64,000 nucleotides of DNA, from positions 22,894 through 86,893 of IMG/VR virus record IMGVR_UViG_3300037222_000084; one strand, given 5' to 3'. Of the stretch, positions 19,403 to 28,819 are shown in pieces. The position numbers were made by a program, and so were the translations under genes. The notes beneath the pieces were generated by a model. The model made no database searches, was not told the DNA's origin, and was given only the letters and a program-made list of their open reading frames with translations. The stretch's first letter is position 1, and each line of letters opens with the position of its first letter. This DNA comes from a virus.

Positions 19403-19587
19403 TATTTACACTCTCTGTTTAAGCAAAGGTCTGCTACTTCTTTCAGTTTCTTGTCTGATTCATCGCAAACTTCTTTTACGGTTTCCATGAACCTATCCCA
19501 GTCTATATCACTCATTCCCTTTTCAGGCTGTTGAGTGGATTTTTTACAAGGTTTAAGTTTCTTTTCGCCCATGTTACCTTCCTTCAA
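19402..19587 (-). CDS. hypothetical protein
   Basis: Small coupled ORF. Confidence 0.5.
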   Translation of the reverse strand: MKEGNMGEKKLKPCKKSTQQPEKGMSDIDWDRFMETVKEVCDESDKKLKEVADLCLNRECK

Positions 19588-20083
19588 TCCTGATCTTGTG
19601 TGCTCCGCACGAAAGAACTTTCTCTGAGGTAGCTCCAGCTAAGGCTCTACTGAATTTTTTATCGAGGTCCATATCACCAAACACCAACGTGCTCTTGTCT
19701 AAATAGGCGTTAACCGAATACACTTTGTTGTTTGCCTGGGTAACTTGGAATTCTATTTCATTGCCAATTTGCACTGAATACAGGTCGTGTCCAGATTTGC
19801 GCAATGAGTCAGACAGAAAATGCGAGTGACTCTCTACCGTTGGCTCGTATCCCGTCAATTCGCTTTTTTGCATGGAAGGTTGAAATTCTGGATGTTGACG
19901 CTCTAGGTTGAATTTCACAATAGCAGGGTGACTGCCAGCCGCTAGTGCCTCTTCTTGAAGTTTACCTCTTGGACGACCAACGGCTATGTGGAATCCACCG
20001 CGAGTTTTGATCATTTTTACGGGTGCTCCGTTTAGGACACCAACGTCGTCTACTGATTCAATTTCATTAGGTGTGAGTTGCAT
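19574..20083 (-). CDS. putative internal head protein
   Basis: Central MQKSE motif; coupled to neighbours. Confidence 0.55.
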   Translation of the reverse strand: MQLTPNEIESVDDVGVLNGAPVKMIKTRGGFHIAVGRPRGKLQEEALAAGSHPAIVKFNLERQHPEFQPSMQKSELTGYEPTVESHSHFLSDSLRKSGHDLYSVQIGNEIEFQVTQANNKVYSVNAYLDKSTLVFGDMDLDKKFSRALAGATSEKVLSCGAHKIRIEGR

Positions 20084-21148
20084 TTATTTTTCCTTGTCAT
20101 AGGCATCTTTGATTTTTTTAACATGCCAATGTTCGTCTATGTTCTTTTTTTCTTTCTGAGCACGGTATGTACCCTTTACACCTTCAAGCCATGCGTACCC
20201 GATTTTGTTTGGATTTTGGCCAAAATGGTGTTCTAATCGAGCCAAGTGTTTCTGCGCTACAGTGTCTTCTAATCCAGGGTTGTCGTGCATGTACCTACGC
20301 ATATCGTCACCGCGAAGCGCCATGCCCTTAGCATATTTGGCTTTTAGGTCCGTGTTCATGTGGATAGTATCGCGTATAGTGGAAGGCATTAGGGCGTACT
20401 TTCCATATGCGCTCTCGCCTGTGTGCATTCCACCAGCTGGCTTATGGTTGGTCATCTTGCCGTTTTGACTTTCTACGGTTGCGATAGTATTGAGCATGCG
20501 CTGACTGCTATACGAAGGCTGATGCTGTTGAATACTGGCCGGTTCTCTAGGAGGCGAAGCATCTTTGATTGTAGGGCTAGACTGCATAGCGCCCATTACG
20601 CCAATTGCTGCGGCAACGTGTTTGATGCCTTTGTCTAATTTTTCAGATTTTTCAAACGTGTGAACAGGGTTATTTGCGCCGTGTTCAAGAGTCAGAGGAC
20701 CAAACTCGATATCGTCGGCGGTTACGCCGTTTTCTTTAAGGTCATCGTAGAGCACCTTGTCGATGGTTACATGGGTCATGAAATTTTTGTAAACATTACC
20801 TACGTGTCCGTAGTGATCGTAAAGAGCCTTGTATTTTGGAGGCAAACCTTCTATCTTGAGCATGTAGTAGTCTAGCTTAGACACTTCCGCCGTAAAGATG
20901 ATTGGTTTGAACGTCAAATCCTTAGGATCTGGAGAGCAAATATCATGCTCCTTGACGTACTCTTTCATTTCATCTAAATCAAATTCTTTGGGATTACCAA
21001 ATATTTTGAGAGACATGTGCAGAGGAATATCGTCAACAAGGGTAGCGCGACCTTTGATTTTTACGCAGAACAGTACGTCACAGCCTTTTTTGGCTTGTTC
21101 CTTATAACTGCTGTGTACTCCGACGCCACGCTTCTCTGCCGCGCCCAT
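20084..21148 (-). CDS. 2H phosphoesterase (Acb1-like) fused to a lysozyme/transglycosylase-like domain
   Basis: LHMSL and THVTI 2H motifs ~80 aa apart; linker FEKSEKLDKG; IATVES..G / AYGKYALMPST lysozyme-fold motifs. Confidence 0.7.
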   Translation of the reverse strand: MGAAEKRGVGVHSSYKEQAKKGCDVLFCVKIKGRATLVDDIPLHMSLKIFGNPKEFDLDEMKEYVKEHDICSPDPKDLTFKPIIFTAEVSKLDYYMLKIEGLPPKYKALYDHYGHVGNVYKNFMTHVTIDKVLYDDLKENGVTADDIEFGPLTLEHGANNPVHTFEKSEKLDKGIKHVAAAIGVMGAMQSSPTIKDASPPREPASIQQHQPSYSSQRMLNTIATVESQNGKMTNHKPAGGMHTGESAYGKYALMPSTIRDTIHMNTDLKAKYAKGMALRGDDMRRYMHDNPGLEDTVAQKHLARLEHHFGQNPNKIGYAWLEGVKGTYRAQKEKKNIDEHWHVKKIKDAYDKEK

Positions 21149-21981
21149 TAGAAACTCCCGACTAGATACCTATTAGAGAAAACGCTTCTTAGCTGTTTTT
21201 TCAAGGTTTCTCGTTTTTTCTCAAGATCCTCAATGCGTCTAACATATACGTTAGGACCAGGACCACTTGACGATTGAGAGATACCATCTTGACTTTGCGA
21301 CTGTGAGTTAAAAATGAATGTAGCTGCGATCATGCTTAAGACAGATATTGCTGCAATTGTACCGATAAGTTCGTTAACCGCTACTGGCACTTGACCTTCT
21401 GTATTGGATAAACCAGCGGTGTAGTTGATCTGCCAATATGCTGGAACCCAATTGAGTCCATCCATAACGGTCAAAAATGCAATACCCGCATTTCCAACTG
21501 ATCCGCCAACTTGATTGACGCCGTATGCTGCCAAAAGAGGAATAACGTTGATTAAGCGTTTTGAGAAATTTGTACATTCTACCCAGGTAGGAGGAATACT
21601 GAAAATGTTGTTGTTGTCCGCGCTGACAATTGCCAGCGACTCCAAACTTATGATTGGGCCTTTCTCGGCCATGATATGAATATACGACTTGTATAAAGCA
21701 TAGTCAAATGGAACTTTGTGCTGAAAGGCTTCACGCAGGATAGTAGATCCTATCATAAGCTCCGCTTCATTCATTGCCCAGTTTAACTGTTCTGTAATTT
21801 CTATATCTGTGATGACATCGCCGTTTCTGAATCTCAACGGAATACCTTTGAGAAACAAACGCTTGAACTTATCAGCGGCAAGCAAAGGCTCGCATCTAGT
21901 CAAAAGACCAGACGTTTGCTGAGCGTGAACCGGATAAACGGCTGTACCTGAGGTTTTTACCCCTGTTTCTCTAAAATCCAT
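21148..21981 (-). CDS. head-tail adaptor/neck protein
   Basis: P.YWQINYTAGL...VP..; SQS..DGISQS motif; start likely ATG 21981. Confidence 0.65.
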   Translation of the reverse strand: MDFRETGVKTSGTAVYPVHAQQTSGLLTRCEPLLAADKFKRLFLKGIPLRFRNGDVITDIEITEQLNWAMNEAELMIGSTILREAFQHKVPFDYALYKSYIHIMAEKGPIISLESLAIVSADNNNIFSIPPTWVECTNFSKRLINVIPLLAAYGVNQVGGSVGNAGIAFLTVMDGLNWVPAYWQINYTAGLSNTEGQVPVAVNELIGTIAAISVLSMIAATFIFNSQSQSQDGISQSSSGPGPNVYVRRIEDLEKKRETLKKQLRSVFSNRYLVGSF

Positions 21982-22430
21982 TAGCAAGACCCACAAGTCG
22001 AGACAAGCTCGACAGCCATAGCATTCATGAGCACGAACTTTCTAGTTACACTGCCTTCTTTCAGGGTGAAAAATAGGTTTCCGCTATTGACAGCCTGGGT
22101 GCCAGAGAGAGATACTGCCCATATAGAACTGTCACAATCGTCTGGTTGAAATGCCTGCACTACGAGTTGTTTACTGTCGTCGATTGAGCAAAATGTTACT
22201 TGCGCAGAAGCTGGACTGTTCACGCCACAACCGGCCATGTAGCGAAGGCTGGACGTTGGACCATTGGAGTTTTGTCCGTTAGATCCGTTCATATTGTTGA
22301 TATTTTGGTCTAAGTCAACGAACTGGAAATACAGGGTATTTGGATCTCCCAGACGGGTTTTCCATTGCAAGGCGTAACCAAACTGGTTGACATTTGCATA
22401 ATTTACAATCAAGTTTGCGGATAATCTCAT
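21981..22430 (-). CDS. virion structural protein
   Basis: First gene after a late motif. Confidence 0.55.
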   Translation of the reverse strand: MRLSANLIVNYANVNQFGYALQWKTRLGDPNTLYFQFVDLDQNINNMNGSNGQNSNGPTSSLRYMAGCGVNSPASAQVTFCSIDDSKQLVVQAFQPDDCDSSIWAVSLSGTQAVNSGNLFFTLKEGSVTRKFVLMNAMAVELVSTCGSC

Positions 22431-22534
22431 TGTTTTGGGCTCCGATCTATGGTATATTCTTACTAAAGATTGCCAGGATCGGCCAAAAGATCGGCCAATA
22501 AACTGCTAAACTAGTGTAATCACAAGGATTAAAC

Positions 22535-22945
22535 ATGTCGGAAGATAAGAAAGCCCCCGTTTTAGGCACTAACCCAAAAGACCTACTTGGGATCAAGAAA
22601 GTCCAGTTAAATCTGGTGCCTGCCTCAAGCATCATATACCAGGCATTGGCGATGGAAGACGGAGCTAAAAAGTATGGCCCTTACAATTGGCGAGAAAACA
22701 AAGTAATTGCGAGCATTTACGTCGCAGCTGCTATGCGTCACCTGATGCAGTGGTACGATGAAGGCGAAGAGTTGGCAGAAGACAGCAAGAAGCCACACTT
22801 AGCTCACGCCTTGGCCTGTATAGGCATCATAGTGGACGCCCTGGAGACTGGCAACCTATCTGACGACCGCCCTGTGCCTGGCTCAGCGTCTAAATTGATC
22901 GCTAAGTGGGAACAAATAAAAAAGGCCCAGTTACCCAAGCCTTAG
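22535..22945 (+). CDS. dATP/dGTP diphosphohydrolase domain protein (DUF5664-like)
   Basis: NPKD..G..K..L.LVP, GA.KYG.YNWR, AAMRH, DS..PHLAHA.AC. Confidence 0.85.
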   Translation: MSEDKKAPVLGTNPKDLLGIKKVQLNLVPASSIIYQALAMEDGAKKYGPYNWRENKVIASIYVAAAMRHLMQWYDEGEELAEDSKKPHLAHALACIGIIVDALETGNLSDDRPVPGSASKLIAKWEQIKKAQLPKP

Positions 22946-23005
22946 TTGATCATTCTTTACAGATCGGCTAGGCCTATCGTCCCTAGCGCCCGTTAAATTT
23001 TCTAA

Positions 23006-24889
23006 TTAGCTAGTAATTACGTCGTCATCCAGCGTAACTGCGGTCTGGGCGTATAATGCGCCATGGACAGTTGCAGTTGTTTGAACTGCAATGTTCGTTT
23101 GGCCCAAGATGACGCCTTCGAAAACTGAGCTAACTCCAAGAGTTACAGCGCCACTCACTTGCCAGAAGATGTTCTGTGGCAGCAATCCGCCAGCCAAAGT
23201 TATGTGTACAGAAGTGCTAAGGCCTAAAGTGCCAGCTACCTGCATGATATACACGTCGCTTGGTCCACCGTTAAGGGTGAGCGCGGTTGGGATAGTAACA
23301 CCAGTAGTCCATTTGTACAGACCAGGGGTAAGCGACAATCCGCCAAGGTTTCCGCCACCAAGATTTGTGTGGTCAGGGCTAGTACGTCCAGCCGCATCAG
23401 TATACGCTGCTTGCATATCGCTAACAGCCGTAGTCAGATTGGATGGAGTAGGTGCCGTGTAATCTGCTGCGAAGATATGGCCAGTAACGTTTGGAGCAGT
23501 AGAGAATGTTCCGCTACCATCCATAGTTAAAGTAAATCCGGTGATCGCTGTTGCAGCGATTGGGCTGACTGCCATTTGGCCAGTGATTGCTGAACCAGAG
23601 GTATCGCTGATACCAGACTCAGACAAGATTCTGTAGTTTCCAGCGGTAGCCAGATTTACAGCGGCGGGACTGTTGCCAATGACATAAGCTGCGCTTGCGA
23701 TTGCAGAATTTGTGTCACCAGCGTGGACTGCCAATGCTTTGAGAGTTTCGCTAGAAGCTACAGACACAGGGCCTGAGTACAGAGTGCTTCCAGTGGTAGG
23801 AGTCGAACCGTCAGTAGTGTAGTAAATGGTCGATCCAGCTGTAACCGTAGAAATCGTAACCGATTGTATTCCAAGATATGATCCAGCGACTGGCGACATT
23901 GTTGGAGTTGCAACCGTAATTCCACCAGAAATAACATATGCAACGCTAGAAACGTTCGAGTTCAAGAAACCAGATGCAACCGAGATAGCTTTAACGGTTT
24001 CGCTAGAGCTTACGGAAATTGGTCCCGTATATAGGGTGCTTGCCGTGGTAGGAGTCGATCCATTAGTAGTGTAATAAATAGCGGCACCTACGGTAAGCGA
24101 AGAAAGGCTAACCGTTTGTGAGCTAGAATAAGTTCCAGCTGGAACTGAAGCGGCTGGAGCAGCTGCTTGATTAAGTACTGCGGTAGCTACAGTCGTAACG
24201 ACTGCGCCTAACACGGTAGCTGTTAAACCAACAGTATCAGCTGCAATAGCGGCTTGCGTATCAGCAGCGATAGTCGCAGCAGAGTCGCCTGAATTAATAG
24301 TGACTTCGACGCTTACTTGGCCAGGTAGAGTGGGATCTGTGTTTGATCCACCAGTAACATTGTACCAAACTACGTAAGTGTTTGCGTTACCAGCATTGTA
24401 AAGAAGAAAAGATGCGCCAGGACCAGTTGAAGGAAAAAGGCTACCGGCAGGCAAAGTAGACTGTACTTGTTGCCATCCGGTGTTTCCATACGTAGAAACA
24501 TTCAGAGAAAAACCAGCAGGCATAGACTGATTCTTTGGCTTGTTAGTGAGTTTGATAGGATTCGGAACAAAAGGAATAAGGTTTCCGATATTACGAGCAG
24601 CAAGAGCGGAAATTCCACCTGCTACGTTGGCTATGAATTCAGCCGCTAAAAGAGCGTTGGAAAAACCGTCTACCATTACTCTAATATCGTGTACGGAAAG
24701 GGCTTGTGTTCCAAGCATAGCTGCCTGGATGTTATCTGCAACTTTTTCATCGCCCATAGCAATGACCAATCGTTTCATGGTATAATGCGACAGTATGGAG
24801 CCATTAACGACGGCAAGGGCCAATTCGTTGCCAGCGATCTTACTAGTCAGCATGTCTACGAGATCGGCGGTTGTCTTTGTGGTTAGCAT
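23006..24889 (-). CDS. virion-associated ice-binding protein (DUF3494) with two CHB_HEX_C/FN3-associated repeats
   Basis: IYYTT.GSTPT..STLY.GP x2; AVNL.TAG.Y.IL, AYTDAAGR, LTPGLYKW, NIFWQV, GALYAQTAVTLD. Confidence 0.9.
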   Translation of the reverse strand: MLTTKTTADLVDMLTSKIAGNELALAVVNGSILSHYTMKRLVIAMGDEKVADNIQAAMLGTQALSVHDIRVMVDGFSNALLAAEFIANVAGGISALAARNIGNLIPFVPNPIKLTNKPKNQSMPAGFSLNVSTYGNTGWQQVQSTLPAGSLFPSTGPGASFLLYNAGNANTYVVWYNVTGGSNTDPTLPGQVSVEVTINSGDSAATIAADTQAAIAADTVGLTATVLGAVVTTVATAVLNQAAAPAASVPAGTYSSSQTVSLSSLTVGAAIYYTTNGSTPTTASTLYTGPISVSSSETVKAISVASGFLNSNVSSVAYVISGGITVATPTMSPVAGSYLGIQSVTISTVTAGSTIYYTTDGSTPTTGSTLYSGPVSVASSETLKALAVHAGDTNSAIASAAYVIGNSPAAVNLATAGNYRILSESGISDTSGSAITGQMAVSPIAATAITGFTLTMDGSGTFSTAPNVTGHIFAADYTAPTPSNLTTAVSDMQAAYTDAAGRTSPDHTNLGGGNLGGLSLTPGLYKWTTGVTIPTALTLNGGPSDVYIMQVAGTLGLSTSVHITLAGGLLPQNIFWQVSGAVTLGVSSVFEGVILGQTNIAVQTTATVHGALYAQTAVTLDDDVITS

Positions 24890-24946
24890 TTAAAACTCCT
24901 TTAAAAGAACGTCTATCATTCAACGGTAAAGATTAATACGGGTCAT

Positions 24947-25642
24947 TTACTCTTCTGCTAAATAGCAGATGCTGCCATCTTGCACCACTTCTCTGGTAGC
25001 TCGAATAGGACGCTTGCTGGCTGGGTAATACATTCGATCTAAGCACGAAGCGTTAACAAAAGTGGTAGGACCAACGTATTCGATCCCACGGGCTTCGTGA
25101 ATATGACCAAAAACATGTAATTTCACCTGTGTTTTCAATATCTTATCCATCAAATCTTGGCAACCAGCACGCTCTTTTGGAGTACCGTCAACATAGGAAA
25201 CAACGTCTAAGAATCCAGCTGGAGGACCATGCGTAATGAGCAATTCGGTATCATCTGGAATCATGTCCCAGTGACGTTTAATATCGGGTCCACGATCACG
25301 GTTAAAGGCCCAGCTATGAAACCAAGGTTGGACTGGCGAGCCCCAAATCTTGACGCCTTCTAGGTCTACCCCAGAATCGTTCAAAAGAATAATGTTGCGA
25401 TCTTGGCATGCTTCAGCGAGCAACGCAGGAGTGCGCTCAAAACCCCAATCGTGGTTTCCAGGGACTAGTATGGTATAGTCATAGTCCTGTTTTGCATACC
25501 AGTCTAAAAATGTAAGAATTTCAACTTCACTACCACGAAGACTGACATCTCCAGAGTGAATCAAAATATTGCCACCGTCACACTTGAATCTTTCGTGCTG
25601 ATTATGAGTATCTGATAGTAGATCTATGATTAATTTTTCCAT
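24947..25642 (-). CDS. calcineurin-like metallophosphoesterase (MPPED/239FB-like)
   Basis: SDTH, HSGD, GNHD, THGPP, FGHIHE motifs. Confidence 0.9.
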   Translation of the reverse strand: MEKLIIDLLSDTHNQHERFKCDGGNILIHSGDVSLRGSEVEILTFLDWYAKQDYDYTILVPGNHDWGFERTPALLAEACQDRNIILLNDSGVDLEGVKIWGSPVQPWFHSWAFNRDRGPDIKRHWDMIPDDTELLITHGPPAGFLDVVSYVDGTPKERAGCQDLMDKILKTQVKLHVFGHIHEARGIEYVGPTTFVNASCLDRMYYPASKRPIRATREVVQDGSICYLAEE

Positions 25643-25658
25643 ACCCTGTTATATCACT

Positions 25659-25694
25659 AAAACGAAAAAACCCGCTAAGAAAACCTAGCGGGTT
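25659..25694 (-). terminator. intrinsic terminator after major capsid gene
   Basis: AACCCGCTAG-loop-TTAGCGGGTT-TTTT. Confidence 0.8.
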
Positions 25695-25722
25695 AGAAAT
25701 TTTACAATTTAGAAACTAAGGA

Positions 25723-27123
25723 TTATCCGCCGCCAGGAATCAATTGGCCAGTGATGTTCTCAAGCAACACGTTTTTGCGTGGCTGATACATTGCCAAAGA
25801 CAAGAAGCGGAAGTGAGCTTCGGGCAAGCTCAGGTCGTTTACTGCAAGTTTCAGCTTGCTGTAAGGAGCCAATTGAGCGAATCCCATGGTGTTAGCTTGC
25901 ACCAAGAAACCAGTGATCGAACCAGGCTGACGATTGCCCAAGTCTGTGAAGACAGGGTTTCCGTTGTTCTGTGCGATACGACCGATAAACTTTGCAGAAG
26001 CAGCTGAACCATTAGCAGCTGAACGATACACGTTGTAGTACTGAGCATTAGCAGCAGCAGTGATAGTCACTGTCAACTTGTCACCAGCAGCAGCAGCAAC
26101 ACCAGCAGAAGCGGCAGATGGGAAGCTTTCGCCGCGCATCGAAACCGACGTTACGTAGTATTGATACGTACCAGCAGCTAACAACGAACCAGCAGCACCG
26201 GCATCAGCAACAGCCGGAGCAGCGGGAGCGGCTGGCGAACCAGTCCGTGCGCGTGCAGGGCGTGTTTTGCCAGACAAGAAGCGCGAAGCCTCAAGGCTAA
26301 CAATTGCAGACGAGGTCCACTGAGTGCGCAAATGAGCACCAGTAGCTTCTTGAGCCGAACCTGCTAACATAATGCGCTCTTTTGCGTGCGCGATTTTGTT
26401 ATAAGCCGACAAGCTGATAGGATCTAAGATCAAACGATCAGCAGCGCCCATGTTCATTGCAGAACGAACAGAGCTATCTTCGATAATACTTTGGGTAAGA
26501 GTTCCACCGACTGAAAGAACTACAGTTTGGTCTGAGCCAAATTCTGCGAACATCAAGTCCTGTGTGTTGGACTGAGCGTCCGACTGACGAACTTGTTGGT
26601 CAACACCAATCATGTTCGGAACTTTTGCTACGGCGAGAGGATTGCCGTCAAAAACGCCTACGTTAGAGAAATCTGACTGTCCACGGAACGAGTCAAACTC
26701 AATGTCACCGGCCAATTTCATGGCAGCGTCAGCAGCAGCGCGATCTTCAGCTTTTACACCGTCGAATGCACCGATCATGTTGGACGCGACAGTCACCCGA
26801 CGAGTCGTGCTGTAGTATGCCATGGGCACAACTGCACGAACGTAGTTAGACGTGTCTTCTTCACCCACGCCACCTTCGAATTGGGCGGACCCACCGAAAA
26901 TACCGTAGTCAAGTTGACGGTTGAATTGATGCAATTGGCTCTTAACATCTTTCGATGGGAGCATTTTTTGCAATTTGATATGGGAATCGTCGAATGTGAC
27001 GTTCTGCATCACGGGCGACATATCCTCGATCATTAAAGCTGCGCCCTGAACTAAGCGATCTGGAGATGCGAGGTACGAACCTGCTTCCAAAGCTTTCATA
27101 AGGGACTGAAGTTGTTCAATCAT
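25723..27123 (-). CDS. major capsid protein (HK97 fold, Herelleviridae-like)
   Basis: MKALEAG...QGAAL.IE N-arm; GGSAQFEG; Ig/FN3-like insertion (YYNVYRS); strong SD and terminator. Confidence 0.85.
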   Translation of the reverse strand: MIEQLQSLMKALEAGSYLASPDRLVQGAALMIEDMSPVMQNVTFDDSHIKLQKMLPSKDVKSQLHQFNRQLDYGIFGGSAQFEGGVGEEDTSNYVRAVVPMAYYSTTRRVTVASNMIGAFDGVKAEDRAAADAAMKLAGDIEFDSFRGQSDFSNVGVFDGNPLAVAKVPNMIGVDQQVRQSDAQSNTQDLMFAEFGSDQTVVLSVGGTLTQSIIEDSSVRSAMNMGAADRLILDPISLSAYNKIAHAKERIMLAGSAQEATGAHLRTQWTSSAIVSLEASRFLSGKTRPARARTGSPAAPAAPAVADAGAAGSLLAAGTYQYYVTSVSMRGESFPSAASAGVAAAAGDKLTVTITAAANAQYYNVYRSAANGSAASAKFIGRIAQNNGNPVFTDLGNRQPGSITGFLVQANTMGFAQLAPYSKLKLAVNDLSLPEAHFRFLSLAMYQPRKNVLLENITGQLIPGGG

Positions 27124-27146
27124 TTTGTTCTCCTTTAAACCGCTGC

Positions 27147-28316
27147 TTAGTTCTTAAACAGGTGGCTAATTGTGTTAAAATTCGATCCACCAAGATAGAA
27201 AGAGTTGATTGCATCTCTGTCCGACTTGGTTAATTTTGAGTAATCTTGCTTCTTCAAAAGTTCAGTAACTTCTGATTTTGAAAGCTCTTTTGATCCTGTG
27301 ATGTCTTCACCCTTGGTGATAGTTCCCAGTTCGGTAATGGCTTTACCTTGTGGCACAGTGACTTTGCTAACCAATTTGGCTAGAACTTCAGTTGCCTTGT
27401 CGAAACTTTTCTTGAGTTCCGCGCTAGATGCCTTTTCAGCTTCCAACTCAGATTTCAATAATTCGACTTCTACGTTTCCTTCAGACTTGTGCATTTGAAC
27501 TGCCTTAGATGCATCACTAGCAGGTGATTTTGCGCCAGGAATTTTTCCAGGAGCAGCAGCATCTTGTTTGCCACCATTGCGTCTATCGAACTCAGATTTG
27601 TTAATCTTCGCACCGTTAGCAGCACTTGCAGCAGATTTAGCACCCAACGCATTGTGCGGAGGAGCACCTTTAATTCCACCGTTTTTCTTATCGGGGAACA
27701 TGTTATCGCCTTTATCTGTAGGCTTAGAATTGATAACGGGATTCTCTTCGCTAAGTTCGCTATGGCCAGGCTTTTCAGACTTGCCCATTTTTTCTGACAT
27801 TCCCATTTTCATAGGAGCAGCAGCAGCTTCGGGAGCAGCTTCAGGAGCGGCTTCCATTCCAGGAGCAGCAGGTGCTTGCGCACTCATTGCATCTAGGGCT
27901 TGGCGAACACAATCGTGGTGAGCCATTAACTCTTCACGCGACATGGAGGCATACATTTGACACATATGAGCCATATCTTCTTCATCATAAGCTCCACCCA
28001 TGGGTGCAGCAGCGCCAGGAGCAGCAGGTGCAGCTTCTTGGCCTTCTTCAGGTGCAGCTTCGCCTTCAGCAGGAAAAGCGCCTTCTTCAGGAGCGGCTTC
28101 TTCTTCAGCAGGTGCAGCTTCGCCTTCAGCAGGAGCGGCTTCTTTCGGAGCAGCTTCTTTCTTCTCAGGCGGCTTAGATTCTTTCTTCTCTTTTGGAGGA
28201 GCAGACTCTTCAGCCTTAGCGAGGGAATGTAATTCCTCCGCTTTATTCAAATGGACAGTAAATTCTTTCTCTACTGTCTCAATGAGCTTGGCAAGCTCGA
28301 TTTCAGTGTAAGACAT
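27147..28316 (-). CDS. scaffold protein
   Basis: Acidic/APE-rich, upstream of MCP, about 10 xxK[SAG][ED]-type motifs. Confidence 0.7.
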   Translation of the reverse strand: MSYTEIELAKLIETVEKEFTVHLNKAEELHSLAKAEESAPPKEKKESKPPEKKEAAPKEAAPAEGEAAPAEEEAAPEEGAFPAEGEAAPEEGQEAAPAAPGAAAPMGGAYDEEDMAHMCQMYASMSREELMAHHDCVRQALDAMSAQAPAAPGMEAAPEAAPEAAAAPMKMGMSEKMGKSEKPGHSELSEENPVINSKPTDKGDNMFPDKKNGGIKGAPPHNALGAKSAASAANGAKINKSEFDRRNGGKQDAAAPGKIPGAKSPASDASKAVQMHKSEGNVEVELLKSELEAEKASSAELKKSFDKATEVLAKLVSKVTVPQGKAITELGTITKGEDITGSKELSKSEVTELLKKQDYSKLTKSDRDAINSFYLGGSNFNTISHLFKN

Positions 28317-28342
28317 GTTGTCCTCCTAAGTTGCCTGTTTAA

Positions 28343-28819
28343 TTAGACGGACTTAGTTGGCCAATAAAGAGGTTGAATATCAACAACAGGTGCAGCAGCA
28401 TTCAGAGCAGCAGCAGTTGCAGCAGTTCCGTTTGCGATTTCTTTCAATTGGAATTCACAGCCACAAGTTTGTGCTTCAAATTGGATTTGAGCCAAGTCTG
28501 CGCGAGCAGGAAAGGGGCCTGGAACCAATGACAGTTCATAACCGAGTTGCAGCAAATGTGGAGCATATGCGAAAGTTTGGTTGCCGAAAATGTCTTTCGA
28601 AACCATGTCAACGTTCGAGATTTCAATAACAACTACTGGTTGACCAGCAGCGACGTTGGTGCCGTGCGAAATGGTCAGAACCGGCCACGATGCGCCATTA
28701 GCGTCTACGTAAAAAGACTCAGTAACCGTGTTAAGGCCAGCTGCGTTAGCGTTCAAGCGAACGTTCAAGCGGTCAGCGAGATCTCGGATAAGTGCCAGGG
28801 CTTTTGCGTTTGAATACAT
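28343..28819 (-). CDS. capsid-operon protein (minor capsid/decoration)
   Basis: First gene of the capsid operon, SD AAGGAG, late motif upstream. Confidence 0.55.
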   Translation of the reverse strand: MYSNAKALALIRDLADRLNVRLNANAAGLNTVTESFYVDANGASWPVLTISHGTNVAAGQPVVVIEISNVDMVSKDIFGNQTFAYAPHLLQLGYELSLVPGPFPARADLAQIQFEAQTCGCEFQLKEIANGTAATAAALNAAAPVVDIQPLYWPTKSV

